From Alphaproteobacteria bacterium (GTDB lineage Bacteria > Pseudomonadota > Alphaproteobacteria > MPNO01 > UBA830): a stretch of DNA of 64,000 nt. The translations under genes were made by a program, and so were the position numbers. The first letter of the stretch is position 1. Every line of letters starts with the position of its first letter. The stretch lies in NCBI GenBank assembly GCA_965243135.1, contig OZ251539.1:4576001-4640000 (forward strand), given 5' to 3'. This document shows positions 22,919-32,775 of the stretch, piece by piece. The notes beneath the pieces are model-generated. The model did no database searches. It had not been told where the DNA came from and saw nothing but the letters and a program-made list of their open reading frames with translations.

Positions 22919-23590
22919 ATGGACGATCGACCGCATATCCTCGTGGTGGACGACGATTCCCGCCTGTGCGGATTGCTCGACCGCTATCTCGGAGAAAACG
23001 GCTTCCGGGTGACCACCGCCAACGACGCGGCCGAGGCCCGCGCCCGGATGCGCGGCATCGAATTCGACCTGCTCGTTCTGGACGTGATGATGCCGGGCGA
23101 GGACGGATTGTCCCTGACTCAGTCCCTGCGCGCCAGCTCGCAGCTTCCGATCCTGCTTCTCACCGCCATGGCGGAACCGGAAGAGCGCATACGCGGCCTC
23201 GAACGCGGCGCGGACGACTACCTGACGAAACCCTTCGAACCCAGAGAGCTCGTCCTCCGCATTCTGTCGATCCTGCGCCGAGTAGGGTCGGCGGAGGATT
23301 CGGTCAGATTCGGCGACTGCGTCTACGATGCGGCGCGGCGGCGGCTGACGCGCGACGACGCGATCGTCCAGCTGACCACCATCGAGACGACCCTGCTGTC
23401 CGTGCTCGCGCGCAGTCCCGGCGCCACGCTGTCCCGCGAGGAACTGGTGCGGCGATGCGGGATCGACGGGACGGACCGCACCGTCGACGTGCAGGTGACG
23501 CGCCTGCGGCGCAAGATCGAACCGAATCCGCGCGCGCCGCGGTATCTGCAGACCGTTAGAGGCGAAGGCTATGTCCTGCACCCCGACTGA
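22919..23590 (+). CDS. OmpR-family response regulator
   Basis: ILVVDDD, LDVMMPGEDG, GADDYLTKPF, RTVDVQVTRLRRKIE, QTVRGEGY. Confidence 0.95.
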   Translation: MDDRPHILVVDDDSRLCGLLDRYLGENGFRVTTANDAAEARARMRGIEFDLLVLDVMMPGEDGLSLTQSLRASSQLPILLLTAMAEPEERIRGLERGADDYLTKPFEPRELVLRILSILRRVGSAEDSVRFGDCVYDAARRRLTRDDAIVQLTTIETTLLSVLARSPGATLSREELVRRCGIDGTDRTVDVQVTRLRRKIEPNPRAPRYLQTVRGEGYVLHPD

Positions 23591-23611
23591 CGCGATGGCG
23601 AGGGACCGCGA

Positions 23612-24922
23612 ATGAAGGCCGTTCGCGCGGGCGCCAAGCGCTACTTGCCGAAATCGCTGCTCGGGCGCTCGATCATGATCATCATCGCGCCTCTGATCGT
23701 GCTGCAGATCGTCTCGACGTGGATCTTCTACGACCGGCACTGGGACACCATCACCCGCCGGCTGGCCGGCGCCGTCGCCGGGGAAATCGGGCTGGTCGTC
23801 GACGCCCACGCCAGGCTCGAAGATCCCGCCACCGCCCGATGGATGACCGAATCGATCCGGAAACTCGGAATCGCCGTCGGTTTCCGCGCCGGAGACGCGC
23901 TGCCCGAAGCGCCTCAGGCCGTCGGCAGCGGCATCCTCGACGCCCGGTTGACGAAAGCGATGCGCAGCGCCGTGGGGCGTCCGTTCCGGATCGACACGTG
24001 GAAGCACGAAGGGCAGGTTCGGATACAGGTGCAGATGCCCGAGGGCGTCATGGAATTCACGGTTCCGCGCAAGCGCCTGTTCAGTTCGACCACCTACATA
24101 TTCGTCATGTGGATGGTCGGGACCTCGCTGCTTCTGTTCGCGGTCGCGACGGTCTTCATGCGCAACCAGGTGCGGCCGATCCAGCGGCTGGCGGCGGCCG
24201 TCGACAGCTTCGGGAAGCGGCGCGAGGCGCCCGACTTCAAGCCCGAGGGCGCCACCGAAATCCGGCTGGCCGCGCAGGCGTTCGAACGCATGCGAAACCG
24301 CATACAGAACGCGATGGCGCAGCGCACGGAAATGCTCGCGGGCATCTCGCACGACCTGAGAACGCCGTTGACCCGAATGAAGATCCAGCTCGAGATGCTC
24401 GGGGATTCGGCGGCCGCGGACGCGCTCAGGACCGATCTGCACGAAATGGAGATCATGGTCGAGGAATTCCTGGATTTCGCCCGCGGCGAGGGAACGGAGG
24501 AAGTGGTCGATACGGACGCCGGCGAGATCGTAAGGTCGGTGGCCGCGCAGGCGGACCGGGTCGAGGCCGAAACGGTCGGCGACCTCAGGGTGTCCGTCAG
24601 GCCCAACGCGCTGCGGCGCTGCCTGACCAACCTGGTGACCAACGCGCTCACCCACGCGCAATCGGTCCGCATATCGGCGCGGCGCCTGCCCGCCCGGATC
24701 GAGTTTTTCGTCGACGACGACGGACCCGGCATTCCCGAAGCGGAGCGCGAATCGGTCTTCAAGCCCTTCTACCGGTTGGACGCGTCGCGCAACCCGAATA
24801 CCGGAGGCACCGGGCTGGGGCTTTCGATAGCCCGCGACGTGGCGCGGGGGCACGGCGGCGACGTGATTCTCGAGACCTCGCCGCTCGGCGGGGTGAGAGC
24901 GACCGTCAGGCTGCCCGTTTGA
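23612..24922 (+). CDS. EnvZ-like sensor histidine kinase
   Basis: LPKSLLGRS...F.DRHW, GISHDLRTPLTR, DDDGPGIP, GTGLGL. Confidence 0.93.
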   Translation: MKAVRAGAKRYLPKSLLGRSIMIIIAPLIVLQIVSTWIFYDRHWDTITRRLAGAVAGEIGLVVDAHARLEDPATARWMTESIRKLGIAVGFRAGDALPEAPQAVGSGILDARLTKAMRSAVGRPFRIDTWKHEGQVRIQVQMPEGVMEFTVPRKRLFSSTTYIFVMWMVGTSLLLFAVATVFMRNQVRPIQRLAAAVDSFGKRREAPDFKPEGATEIRLAAQAFERMRNRIQNAMAQRTEMLAGISHDLRTPLTRMKIQLEMLGDSAAADALRTDLHEMEIMVEEFLDFARGEGTEEVVDTDAGEIVRSVAAQADRVEAETVGDLRVSVRPNALRRCLTNLVTNALTHAQSVRISARRLPARIEFFVDDDGPGIPEAERESVFKPFYRLDASRNPNTGGTGLGLSIARDVARGHGGDVILETSPLGGVRATVRLPV

Positions 24923-24949
24923 AGGGCGTCCCGGCGGGCCGGGCGGGCT

Positions 24950-25285
24950 TCAAAACAATCTTGCGCCGTCGGCGACCTTCCGGTCGACGCTCGCGAGAAC
25001 CACCTCGCCGTCCTCGTCGGGAAAACCCAGCACGAGCACTTCGGACATGAACTTTCCGATCTGTTTCGGCGCGAAATTGACGACGGCCGCGACCTGGCGG
25101 CCGGGCAGGGATTCGGGCGAATAGTGACGGACGATCTGGGCGGACGTCTTTTTCTCGCCGATCTCCGGCCCGAAATCGATCCACAGCTTGACGGCCGGCT
25201 TGCGCGCCTCGGGAAACGCTTCGGCGCGCGTCACCGTTCCGGCCCGGATATCGACCTTGAGAAAATCGGCGAAGTCTATCGTCAT
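24950..25285 (-). CDS. csaA: tRNA-binding protein / CsaA chaperone
   Basis: [44 protein letters not shown]. Confidence 0.92.
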   Translation of the reverse strand: MTIDFADFLKVDIRAGTVTRAEAFPEARKPAVKLWIDFGPEIGEKKTSAQIVRHYSPESLPGRQVAAVVNFAPKQIGKFMSEVLVLGFPDEDGEVVLASVDRKVADGARLF

Positions 25286-25295
25286 CTTGCGGAGA

Positions 25296-25337
25296 CCGCC
25301 CGGGCGCCGACGGGAGGAAAGGACGGCGCCCGGGCGG
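25296..25337. repeat. 14-bp perfect inverted repeat (stem-loop) downstream of the phasin gene
   Basis: CCGCCCGGGCGCCG-N14-CGGCGCCCGGGCGG; no U-tract, so more likely an mRNA-stabilising hairpin than a terminator. Confidence 0.5.
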
Positions 25338-25341
25338 CGGG

Positions 25342-25788
25342 CTACGCCTTGGTGGCGGTCTTGCCGCCGCCGCCGGCGTAGGAAGCGATTTCGCCGAGTC
25401 CTTCGGACCACCGCTTGGAAACGATTTCGACGGCTTCGGAGGTCGCCTTCGACACCGTCGCCTGCGCTTCCCGCGCGCTCGACAGCCCGTCCGCGAAGAC
25501 GGCCTTGGCGAATGCCGCCTGCTTCCCGAACTTCGCCGCGGGCTCCTGTTCGGTCATGACGTCCTGGACCATCGCGCCGGTCTTCTCGGCCGTTGCCTGC
25601 CAGAGCGAGACCTGCTTCTCGGCGACCGCCTGCCATCCTTCGATCGCGGTCTTGTTGGCGCGGTTGAACGCCTGGATATTCTTCTGCTGCGCCGCGATCA
25701 CGGCGTCGGCGTCGGGAACCTTGAAGTCCGACCAGATCTTGGCGAACTGGGGAAACGGCGCACTCTCCGTTTTCTGGGTGGCGGCCAT
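25342..25788 (-). CDS. Phasin (PHA granule-associated protein)
   Basis: [28 protein letters not shown] helical pattern; PhaR boxes upstream. Confidence 0.85.
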   Translation of the reverse strand: MAATQKTESAPFPQFAKIWSDFKVPDADAVIAAQQKNIQAFNRANKTAIEGWQAVAEKQVSLWQATAEKTGAMVQDVMTEQEPAAKFGKQAAFAKAVFADGLSSAREAQATVSKATSEAVEIVSKRWSEGLGEIASYAGGGGKTATKA

Positions 25789-25810
25789 GGAAATTCTCCT
25801 GCGATTATGT

Positions 25811-25872
25811 TGCGGCGCAATATATCATGCGTGCAGCGCAGCATGTCAACCGTTTTTTTTTGTTGCGGCGCA
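25811..25872 (-). promoter_or_regulatory. Phasin promoter with three PhaR-type boxes
   Basis: TGCGGCGCA (25811-25819), TGCAGCGCA (25832-25840), TGCGGCGCA (25864-25872); minus-strand TTGACA (25849-25844) with an AT-rich -10 element 17-18 nt downstream. Confidence 0.75.
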
Positions 25873-25980
25873 AAAAATTTTCGCGGATCGCGTCCGCCCG
25901 GACACGAGGCGTTTCGAAAACCTGCAAAGACCGCTGCGGCGCGCATGCCGCGGCGTTCCGCGGCCGCGACAGGCGGCGCC

Positions 25981-26565
25981 CTACGCGTTCCCGCGGCGGT
26001 CCAGCAGACGGAGCAGGGACTCCGCCCGCCTGAGGTTCCTGTCGAGGCTGGCCGCGGTCGACGACAGATCCTCCGTTTCGTCGCGGAGCCACACCTGGAA
26101 GGACGACGCGAATATCGCCGCCAACCCCTTCACGCGCAGCATCCCGGCAGGTCCGGACGCGCCGACCCCGGCAGCTTCGAGCGACCAGGCCATCGCGTTG
26201 CCGAAAGACGGCGCCATGCACAGCACCGTCGCCGGATCGCGAACGAACGAACGTATGGCCTCCCTGTGCTTGCGGAGCGCATCGAACCGCCGGAGCATCA
26301 CGTCGAGCAGCCGCTCCCGGACCGGCTCGCCGGAATCGGCGGGATCGTGCCCTTTCAGCACCTCGCGGTCCACGCGCCGGACCAAGGCCCGCAGGAAAGC
26401 GGTTTTGGCAGGGTACAGGTCGTAGACCCTGTCGAGGGTCGCGCCGGCGCGCGACGCGATCATCTCCATCGTCACTTCGCGCCAAGGCATTTCACCGGCG
26501 AGCGCGAGAGCCGCATCCAGAATCCGGTCGGCCCCCGGCGCGCGCCTGACAGGTTGTGCGGACAT
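25981..26565 (-). CDS. TetR-like transcriptional regulator
   Basis: RILDAALALA...W..VT...IA..AG helix-turn-helix; RERLLDVML.RFDAL, WL.DE..DLS.T.A.LDR. Confidence 0.85.
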   Translation of the reverse strand: MSAQPVRRAPGADRILDAALALAGEMPWREVTMEMIASRAGATLDRVYDLYPAKTAFLRALVRRVDREVLKGHDPADSGEPVRERLLDVMLRRFDALRKHREAIRSFVRDPATVLCMAPSFGNAMAWSLEAAGVGASGPAGMLRVKGLAAIFASSFQVWLRDETEDLSSTAASLDRNLRRAESLLRLLDRRGNA

Positions 26566-26659
26566 CGCGCCACTCCGTATCGTCTGCTATTATATACGCT
26601 TGCGGCGGCCGCGAAAACCTTGCACGATATTTTTCGAACCGCGTTGCGGGAGCCAGACG

Positions 26660-27448
26660 ATGCGAGCGATCCTGCCTGCGAGCCTTGCCGAAGCGTTGAG
26701 GCGAACTCCGCTTCTGTCGGCGGCGGAGGAAAGGGAATTGTTCCGGCGCTTGCGGCGCGGCGACCGCCGGGCGCGCGAACGGCTCCTTCTCAGCCAGCTT
26801 CGATACGTCATCGGAATCGCGCGCCGGTACCGGCACCACGGCTGCCCTCTCTCCGACCTGATTCAGGAGGGCGTGGTCGGCCTTCTGGAGGCGATCAAGC
26901 GCTTCAACCCCGACAAGGGGGTGCGGTTGTCGACATTCGCCATGTGGTGGGTGCGCGCCGCGATCCAGGACTACGTCATCCGGTCGCGCTCGATCGTGCG
27001 CAAGGCGACCACCCCGCGCCACCGGTCGATGTTCTTCAACCGCGCTCTAGCGGACGTCGACGCGTCCGACGTCGCCCGCCGGCTGGCGAAACGCTTCAAC
27101 ACGACGGTCGACGACGTGCGCTCCTTCTCCGTCAGAATGCGCCATCACGACCGGTCGCTCGACGAAGTCGCGTCCGGCGGCGCGCCGTTCGGCGCGTCGC
27201 TGCCGGATCCGACGCCGGATCCGGAAACGCAACTCGCGACCAAGCGCGAACGCACGGCGCTCCTCGAACGGCTACGAGCCGCGCTTCCCTCGCTGACGCG
27301 GCGCGAGCGCCATATACTGCGCCGCCGCCTGCTGTCGGACAAACGCGACAGTTTCGCCAAGATCGCGCGCGACCTCGGGCTGTCCAAGGAACGGGTTCGG
27401 CAGCTGGAGAACAAGGCGTTGCGCAAGTTGCGCGCCGCCTGCGCCTGA
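26660..27448 (+). CDS. Second, divergent sigma-32-family (RpoH2-like) sigma factor
   Basis: DLIQEG.VGLLEA..RF.P, RLSTFAMWW.RA.IQDY, LSKERVRQLE. Confidence 0.85.
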   Translation: MRAILPASLAEALRRTPLLSAAEERELFRRLRRGDRRARERLLLSQLRYVIGIARRYRHHGCPLSDLIQEGVVGLLEAIKRFNPDKGVRLSTFAMWWVRAAIQDYVIRSRSIVRKATTPRHRSMFFNRALADVDASDVARRLAKRFNTTVDDVRSFSVRMRHHDRSLDEVASGGAPFGASLPDPTPDPETQLATKRERTALLERLRAALPSLTRRERHILRRRLLSDKRDSFAKIARDLGLSKERVRQLENKALRKLRAACA

Positions 27449-27479
27449 GGCGTCGCCCGCAGCCGGGGGCCACGGCGGT

Positions 27480-28274
27480 TCAGCCGGCGAGCTCCCGCGA
27501 CCGCCGCGTCGCCGCCTCCACCGCGCGGGCCATGAGCGGCGCGAGTCCGTCGCTGGCCATCAGGCATTCGAGCGCGGCCGCTGTGGTGCCGCCCGGACTG
27601 GTCACGTTTTGCCGCAGCGCACCCGCTTCCTCCTGCGATCGCCGCGCCAGTTCCCCGGCCCCCGCGACGGTGGCGCGCGCGAGGCGCGAGGCGACCTGCG
27701 GAGGCAATCCCTGCTCCTCGCCAGCGCGCGCAAGGCATTCGATCAGGAGAAACACGTACGCCGGCCCGCTCCCGGAGACGGCGGTAACCGGATCGATCAA
27801 CGCTTCGTCGTCGATCCAGACGACCTCCCCGACCGCCTCGAGCAGGCGCTCGCAGGCCGAACGCTGGGCCGTTGTCACGCAGGCGTTCGGACAAGCCGCC
27901 GTGATGCCCCGACCAACGGCGGCAGGCGTATTGGGCATCGCCCGCACCACGGCCGCGTCCGCGCCGAGATGGGCCCCGAAGAACGCGATGGGTCGACCGG
28001 CCGCGATCGACAGCGCGACCGCGCCGGCCTTCGACGCCTCGCGGTAGCGAGGCACGATCGCGTCCATGCCTTGAGGCTTCACGGCGAAGACGACGACGTC
28101 GGGCGCGAAATCGGACGGCACGTCCCCGGAATCCTTCACCACCGGCGCGCCTAGCGACGCGAGCTCCGGCGCCGGAGCGGGCTCCACCACGACGATGTTC
28201 GCGGGCGTCCCGGCCAGCCATCCGCGCAGCAGCGCGCCGCCCATCTTGCCGCAACCGACGAGCAGAACGTTCAT
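27480..28274 (-). CDS. proC: Pyrroline-5-carboxylate reductase
   Basis: GCGKMGGA, AVKPQ, RAMPNTP, SGSGPAY, VTSPGGTT. Confidence 0.97.
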   Translation of the reverse strand: MNVLLVGCGKMGGALLRGWLAGTPANIVVVEPAPAPELASLGAPVVKDSGDVPSDFAPDVVVFAVKPQGMDAIVPRYREASKAGAVALSIAAGRPIAFFGAHLGADAAVVRAMPNTPAAVGRGITAACPNACVTTAQRSACERLLEAVGEVVWIDDEALIDPVTAVSGSGPAYVFLLIECLARAGEEQGLPPQVASRLARATVAGAGELARRSQEEAGALRQNVTSPGGTTAAALECLMASDGLAPLMARAVEAATRRSRELAG

Positions 28275-28277
28275 GGA

Positions 28278-28775
28278 TCAGGCTTCCCCGACGGTTTCGA
28301 ACATCGCCGACGCGATCGCTTCTTCCGGCTTCTTGCCGCCCCAAATGACCAGCTGAAACGCAGGGTAATACCGTTCGCATTCGGCGACGGCGATCTCGAC
28401 GATGTCCTCGACCTGCTCGAGGCTGACGGCGGACGCGCCGCGCAGCAGCAACGCATGGCGGAACACCGGCTGACCGTCGGCCGACCACAGATCGAAATGC
28501 CCGACCAGCAGGCGCTGGTTGATTATGGCGAGCAGCGGATGGACCGACGCCGACTTTCCGCCGGGAACCTTCATGTCGAAAGCGAAGGCGAATAGAAGCG
28601 CCGCCTGGTCCGGGTGAGACGAAACGAACATCTGGTAGTCGCACCAGCGGCCGACGACATGAACGGAGATGTCCTCGTCGCCGGACCGGTCGTATTGCCA
28701 GTCGCGATGCATGGCGACCTGCTCGACGAGATCGAGCGGGCTGCCCCGCGATAATTCTCCAGCGAGCGTCGCCAT
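28278..28775 (-). CDS. YbjN-domain protein
   Basis: PLDLVE, G.WCDY, IN..L..GHFDLW, FRH.LLL, ECERYYPAFQ.V.W.GK, FET.GEA. Confidence 0.88.
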   Translation of the reverse strand: MATLAGELSRGSPLDLVEQVAMHRDWQYDRSGDEDISVHVVGRWCDYQMFVSSHPDQAALLFAFAFDMKVPGGKSASVHPLLAIINQRLLVGHFDLWSADGQPVFRHALLLRGASAVSLEQVEDIVEIAVAECERYYPAFQLVIWGGKKPEEAIASAMFETVGEA

Positions 28776-28829
28776 CCTGCGGCCTTTGCCGTTCGCTTCT
28801 CCGACAACCATGTGCCGAAGTCCGATTGA

Positions 28830-28908
28830 CCACTATATGTAGCGCAATCGCCGACTCACCGCAAGCCCGAATCCGTTGCTCGCCGAAACCGAATACAAAA
28901 TATGGTGG
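28830..28908. promoter_or_regulatory. Two NrdR-box-like sites upstream of ybjN-proC
   Basis: CCACTATATGTAGCGC (28830-28845) and ATACAAAATATGGTGG (28893-28908) fit acaCwAtATaTwGtgt; they start 63 bp apart. Confidence 0.55.
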
Positions 28909-28931
28909 GAAACTCCGCGCCGCCCCGGCGG

Positions 28932-29198
28932 TCAGTCCTTCGGCGGAGCGGCTTTTTCCTTTTTCGCGCCCGCCTCGAGTTCCGCGACGCGCGCTTCCAG
29001 GCGATCCTGCACGGCGCGCGCCGTGACCGCCATCTCCTTCACCGCCTCGAACTCGTCGCGCGTCACGAGGTCCATGCGGGCCAGCGCCCGGTCGAGCCGA
29101 TGGCGAACGAGACCTTCCACTTCCCGGCGCAGGGCTGCCAGCGTTCCCAGCGCGCCTCCGGCGACGCGGGCGGCATCGTCGAACGCTTTGTTACGCAT
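28932..29198 (-). CDS. ubiK: Accessory factor UbiK (BMFP) family protein
   Basis: FDDAARVA.GA, MDLVTRDEFEAVKEMA..AR coiled coil. Confidence 0.88.
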   Translation of the reverse strand: MRNKAFDDAARVAGGALGTLAALRREVEGLVRHRLDRALARMDLVTRDEFEAVKEMAVTARAVQDRLEARVAELEAGAKKEKAAPPKD

Positions 29199-29962
29199 TT
29201 GCGCACTCCCAGCTTCTTCTCCCAAAGCATAAAGCCTGTTTCGCGATCCGGACAACCTGAAAGCGAACCGAGCCTCGAATTTCGACGGGCGCCTCGGAGG
29301 CGCAACGAGCCGTTCCTCGAGACGCCGATTCGCCAAGGCTGCGCTCGTACGGTTCAGACCGCGCCGCCAGGATGTCGGCGACCAGATTCGCGAAATCTTC
29401 GTCATTCGGCGGCCTCTCCCCAGGAGAGGCTTCGCCCCGCTTCAAAGGCGAAGCGGTCGCCAAACGCGCCGGGATTTTCGCATCGGTCTCTCGTCGACAG
29501 CTTCTCGCTCGGCAAGCCCGCAAGTCGCCGGCCCAACCGTCGCGGCGCGCCTGAGACGTTTCCGGGGCTTCGCCGCCGCCTCGAAGGGACAAACGCGGGT
29601 CGCCGCGCGTCCCCACCGACGATCCTCCGGCGAACCGACGGCCTTCTTGCCGTCGGCCCCCTCACCGGAGATACTGTTTTCTCCCAGAATGGAAAGGCTG
29701 TCGTGAACGGCATGTCACGTAGACGCGGTTTCCGCAGGAATCTATCCGGCGGCGCGGTCCCTCTCGGCCGTCCGTCCGGCGAACCGCCGACAGATCGCGC
29801 AACGGGGAACCTTCGGCATTCGCCGAAACGGTCGCGGCAACCCGTCAGGACGGCCGCCCCGTCCGCGCGCGTCGCCGCCGGCCGGAAAGCCCGCCGCGCC
29901 CGCGAAGACGGTCGCAAGCGCCCGGGCTCGCAAGGCCTCGCCTTCGCCCGGGACGCCTTGTC

Positions 29963-30754
29963 TTGCTGACCCTCGCCTACCCCGCCATCGACCCCGTTCT
30001 CGTCCAGATCGGGCCGCTCGCGATTCGATGGTACGCGCTAGCCTACATTGCGGGCATCCTTCTTGCTTGGCGCTACATGATCCTGCTCGCCCCAAGAACC
30101 GCGATCGACCGGCGGGACGTGGACGACTTCATGGTTTGGGGAACGCTCGGCGTAATCGCGGGCGGACGTCTTGGCTACGTCCTTTTCTACAAGCCGGGCC
30201 ACTATCTCGACCATCCGCTCGACGCGCTGGCGCTGTGGCAGGGAGGCATGTCCTTTCACGGCGGCCTGCTGGGCGTGGTCTTCGCCGTCTGGTTGTTCGC
30301 CCGGCGGCGCGGCTATCACTGGGTCGCCCTGGGCGACCTTGTTTGCTGCGTCACGCCCATCGGACTGTTTCTCGGGCGGCTCGCGAATTTCATCAACGGC
30401 GAGCTCTACGGCAGGACGACCGACTCGCCGCTCGGCATGGTGTTTCCCGGCGCCGGCCCGCTGCCGCGCCACCCGAGCCAGCTCTACGAAGCCTTTCTCG
30501 AAGGGCTTCTGCTTCTGGCCGCGCTGTTCTGGCTCTCGCGCCGCGAGGGCGCGTTCTCGCGGCGGGGATTCCTGTCCGGCGCATTCTTCGCCGGTTACGG
30601 GATCGCCCGAACGATCGCGGAGGCCTTCCGGGAACCCGACGCGCATATCGGCTTTCTCGCCTTCGGCACGACGATGGGGCAGTGGCTTTCGCTGCCCGTT
30701 CTTGCGGCGGGAATATGGCTGATCGCAACGGCCCGCAGGCATGACTCCGCTTGA
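29963..30754 (+). CDS. lgt: Prolipoprotein diacylglyceryl transferase
   Basis: IRWYALAY, GGRLGYVLFY, GGMSFHGG, GRLANFINGEL.GR, RHPSQLYE; TTG start. Confidence 0.97.
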   Translation: MLTLAYPAIDPVLVQIGPLAIRWYALAYIAGILLAWRYMILLAPRTAIDRRDVDDFMVWGTLGVIAGGRLGYVLFYKPGHYLDHPLDALALWQGGMSFHGGLLGVVFAVWLFARRRGYHWVALGDLVCCVTPIGLFLGRLANFINGELYGRTTDSPLGMVFPGAGPLPRHPSQLYEAFLEGLLLLAALFWLSRREGAFSRRGFLSGAFFAGYGIARTIAEAFREPDAHIGFLAFGTTMGQWLSLPVLAAGIWLIATARRHDSA

Positions 30755-31820
30755 TCGCCTGATTCGGCGAAAGATCGCCGCGTCCGGCCCCATCTCCGTC
30801 GCGGACTTCATGAGCCTCGCCCTGACCCATCCGGAACACGGATATTACGGGGCGCGAGACCCGCTCGGCCGCGCGGGAGATTTCGTGACCTCGCCGGAAA
30901 TCAGCCAGATATTCGGCGAGCTCGTCGGCCTCTGGGCAGCCGCGACCTGGTTGCAGATGGGCAATCCTCCGCATCTTCTCCTGGTCGAATGCGGACCGGG
31001 GCGCGGCACGCTGATGCGCGACGCCCTCCGCGCCGGGCGACTTGTCGAAGGTTTCGCGCAGTGCGTCGACCTCCGCCTCGTCGAGACCGCCGCGGGCCTG
31101 CGAAGAAAGCAGGAGGCGGCGCTTTCCGAAGCCCGGCCTCGCTGGCACCGTTCTCTCGACGCGCTGCCACCCGGTCCCATGATCCTGATCGCAAACGAGT
31201 TTTTCGACGCGCTGCCGGTCCGGCAACTCGTGCGAACCGAAGGCGGCTGGGCGGAGCGGCTGGTCGCGCATCGCGAAGGACGCCTGGAGTTCGTCGTCGG
31301 AGAGGATCTTCCCGACGGCAGCGCCCTGGTTCCGCCGAACGTCGGCCGCGCGGAACGGGGCGACATCTTCGAGGCGTCGCCGACGGCCCGCGCGGTGGCG
31401 GCCCGCATCGGCAAGCGCATCGTCCGCGACGGAGGAGCCGCGCTGCTCATCGATTACGGGCACGACCGGTCCGCGCCGGGAGAAACGCTCCAGGCCGTGC
31501 GCGCCCACCGCCCCGCGGACCCGCTTTCCCGCGCCGGGGAAACGGACCTGACGGCGCACGTGGATTTCGAAGCCGTCGCCCGCAGCCTGCGCCGCGAAGG
31601 CGCCTGCGTGCACGGCCCGATCACGCAGCGGCGATTTCTGCGGGCGCTAGGGGCGGAAGAGCGCACCGAGCGGCTGGCCGCCGCCGCGCCTCCTGCGAAA
31701 GCGCGGGAGATCCGGATCGCGACGGATCGCCTGACCGGATCCATGGGCGCGCTGTTCAAGGCGCTGGCTGCCACCGCGCCCGGCATGGCGGTTCCCGCCG
31801 GCTTCGAAGAGCCATGCTGA
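30741..31820 (+). CDS. SAM-dependent methyltransferase, MidA/NDUFAF7 family
   Basis: GDFVTSPEISQ.FGE, E.GPGRGTL, ANEFFDALP, IDYG, DLTAHVDF. Confidence 0.93.
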   Translation: MTPLDRLIRRKIAASGPISVADFMSLALTHPEHGYYGARDPLGRAGDFVTSPEISQIFGELVGLWAAATWLQMGNPPHLLLVECGPGRGTLMRDALRAGRLVEGFAQCVDLRLVETAAGLRRKQEAALSEARPRWHRSLDALPPGPMILIANEFFDALPVRQLVRTEGGWAERLVAHREGRLEFVVGEDLPDGSALVPPNVGRAERGDIFEASPTARAVAARIGKRIVRDGGAALLIDYGHDRSAPGETLQAVRAHRPADPLSRAGETDLTAHVDFEAVARSLRREGACVHGPITQRRFLRALGAEERTERLAAAAPPAKAREIRIATDRLTGSMGALFKALAATAPGMAVPAGFEEPC

Positions 31821-32572
31821 CCTCTCCGGCGTTCGGGAGCGGCGTGCGCCACGCGTTTTTCACGCGGGAAGGCGGAGTGAGCGACGGCGTCTACGCTTCC
31901 CTCAACTGCGGTCTCGGCTCCGGAGACGACCGCGCCAACGTGCGCGAGAACAGGCGGCGGGCCGCTGCGCGACTGGACTTGCCCGAAGACTCGCTCGTCA
32001 CGCTCCGTCAGGTGCATAGCGGCCAGGCCGTCCCGATCCCGGGCAACGAACGGGCGCGGGCGGACGGCATGGCGACGAACCGGCCGGGCGTCCTGCTTGG
32101 AGTTCTCGCCGCCGACTGCGCGCCGGTGCTGCTGGCCGACGAGGAAAACGGCGTGATCGGCGCGGCGCATGCCGGGTGGCGGGGCGCCTTGGCCGGAATC
32201 GTCGAGAGCACCGTGGCCGAAATGGAGAAGATGGGCGCCCGCCGCAGGGCGATAGCGGCCGCGGTCGGCCCCTGCATCGCGCAGGACAGCTATCAGGTGG
32301 ACGCCGCCTTCCGGGACCGCTTCGTCGCGAACGGAGAAGGCGACGAAGCCCTCTTCCGACCCGATATCCCGGACGGAAAATATCTGTTCGATCTGCGGCG
32401 GTACGTCCGCGGACGGCTGGAACGGGCGCGAATCGGCCGAATCGACCTGGCGGCGAACGACACCTTTTCGGAGACCGGGCTCTTCTTCAGCTACCGCCGG
32501 AGCCGGCGCCTGGACGAGGACGACTGCGGGCGGGGCCTGTCGGCCATCGCGCTGGACGAATGCCGTACCTGA
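31814..32572 (+). CDS. pgeF: PgeF/YfiH (laccase-domain) protein
   Basis: FFTREGGVS, SLNCG, QVHS, ADCAPVL, AHAGWRG, GPCI, FFSYRR. Confidence 0.93.
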   Translation: MLTSPAFGSGVRHAFFTREGGVSDGVYASLNCGLGSGDDRANVRENRRRAAARLDLPEDSLVTLRQVHSGQAVPIPGNERARADGMATNRPGVLLGVLAADCAPVLLADEENGVIGAAHAGWRGALAGIVESTVAEMEKMGARRRAIAAAVGPCIAQDSYQVDAAFRDRFVANGEGDEALFRPDIPDGKYLFDLRRYVRGRLERARIGRIDLAANDTFSETGLFFSYRRSRRLDEDDCGRGLSAIALDECRT

Positions 32573-32775
32573 TCATTTTCGCGATCGCGCTGTTTCTGGG
32601 TCTCGTCGCGACCTGCGCGATGCCGTCCGAATCGTCGGCGGCGCCTTCCCGCGGACCCCTCCTCTCTCCGGCGCCGGAACCGGCGTTTACAGGTTCGGAA
32701 GCCGCTGCTAGTTTGCCGGACGCGGAAGGATCGCCGCCCGGACGCGGCGAAGGGGCCGAAACGGCAGGTACATGA
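32560..32775 (+). CDS. Small putative membrane protein (71 aa)
   Basis: [20 protein letters not shown] hydrophobic N-terminus; overlaps the pgeF stop and ends in an ATGA overlap with prs. Confidence 0.5.
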   Translation: MPYLIIFAIALFLGLVATCAMPSESSAAPSRGPLLSPAPEPAFTGSEAAASLPDAEGSPPGRGEGAETAGT

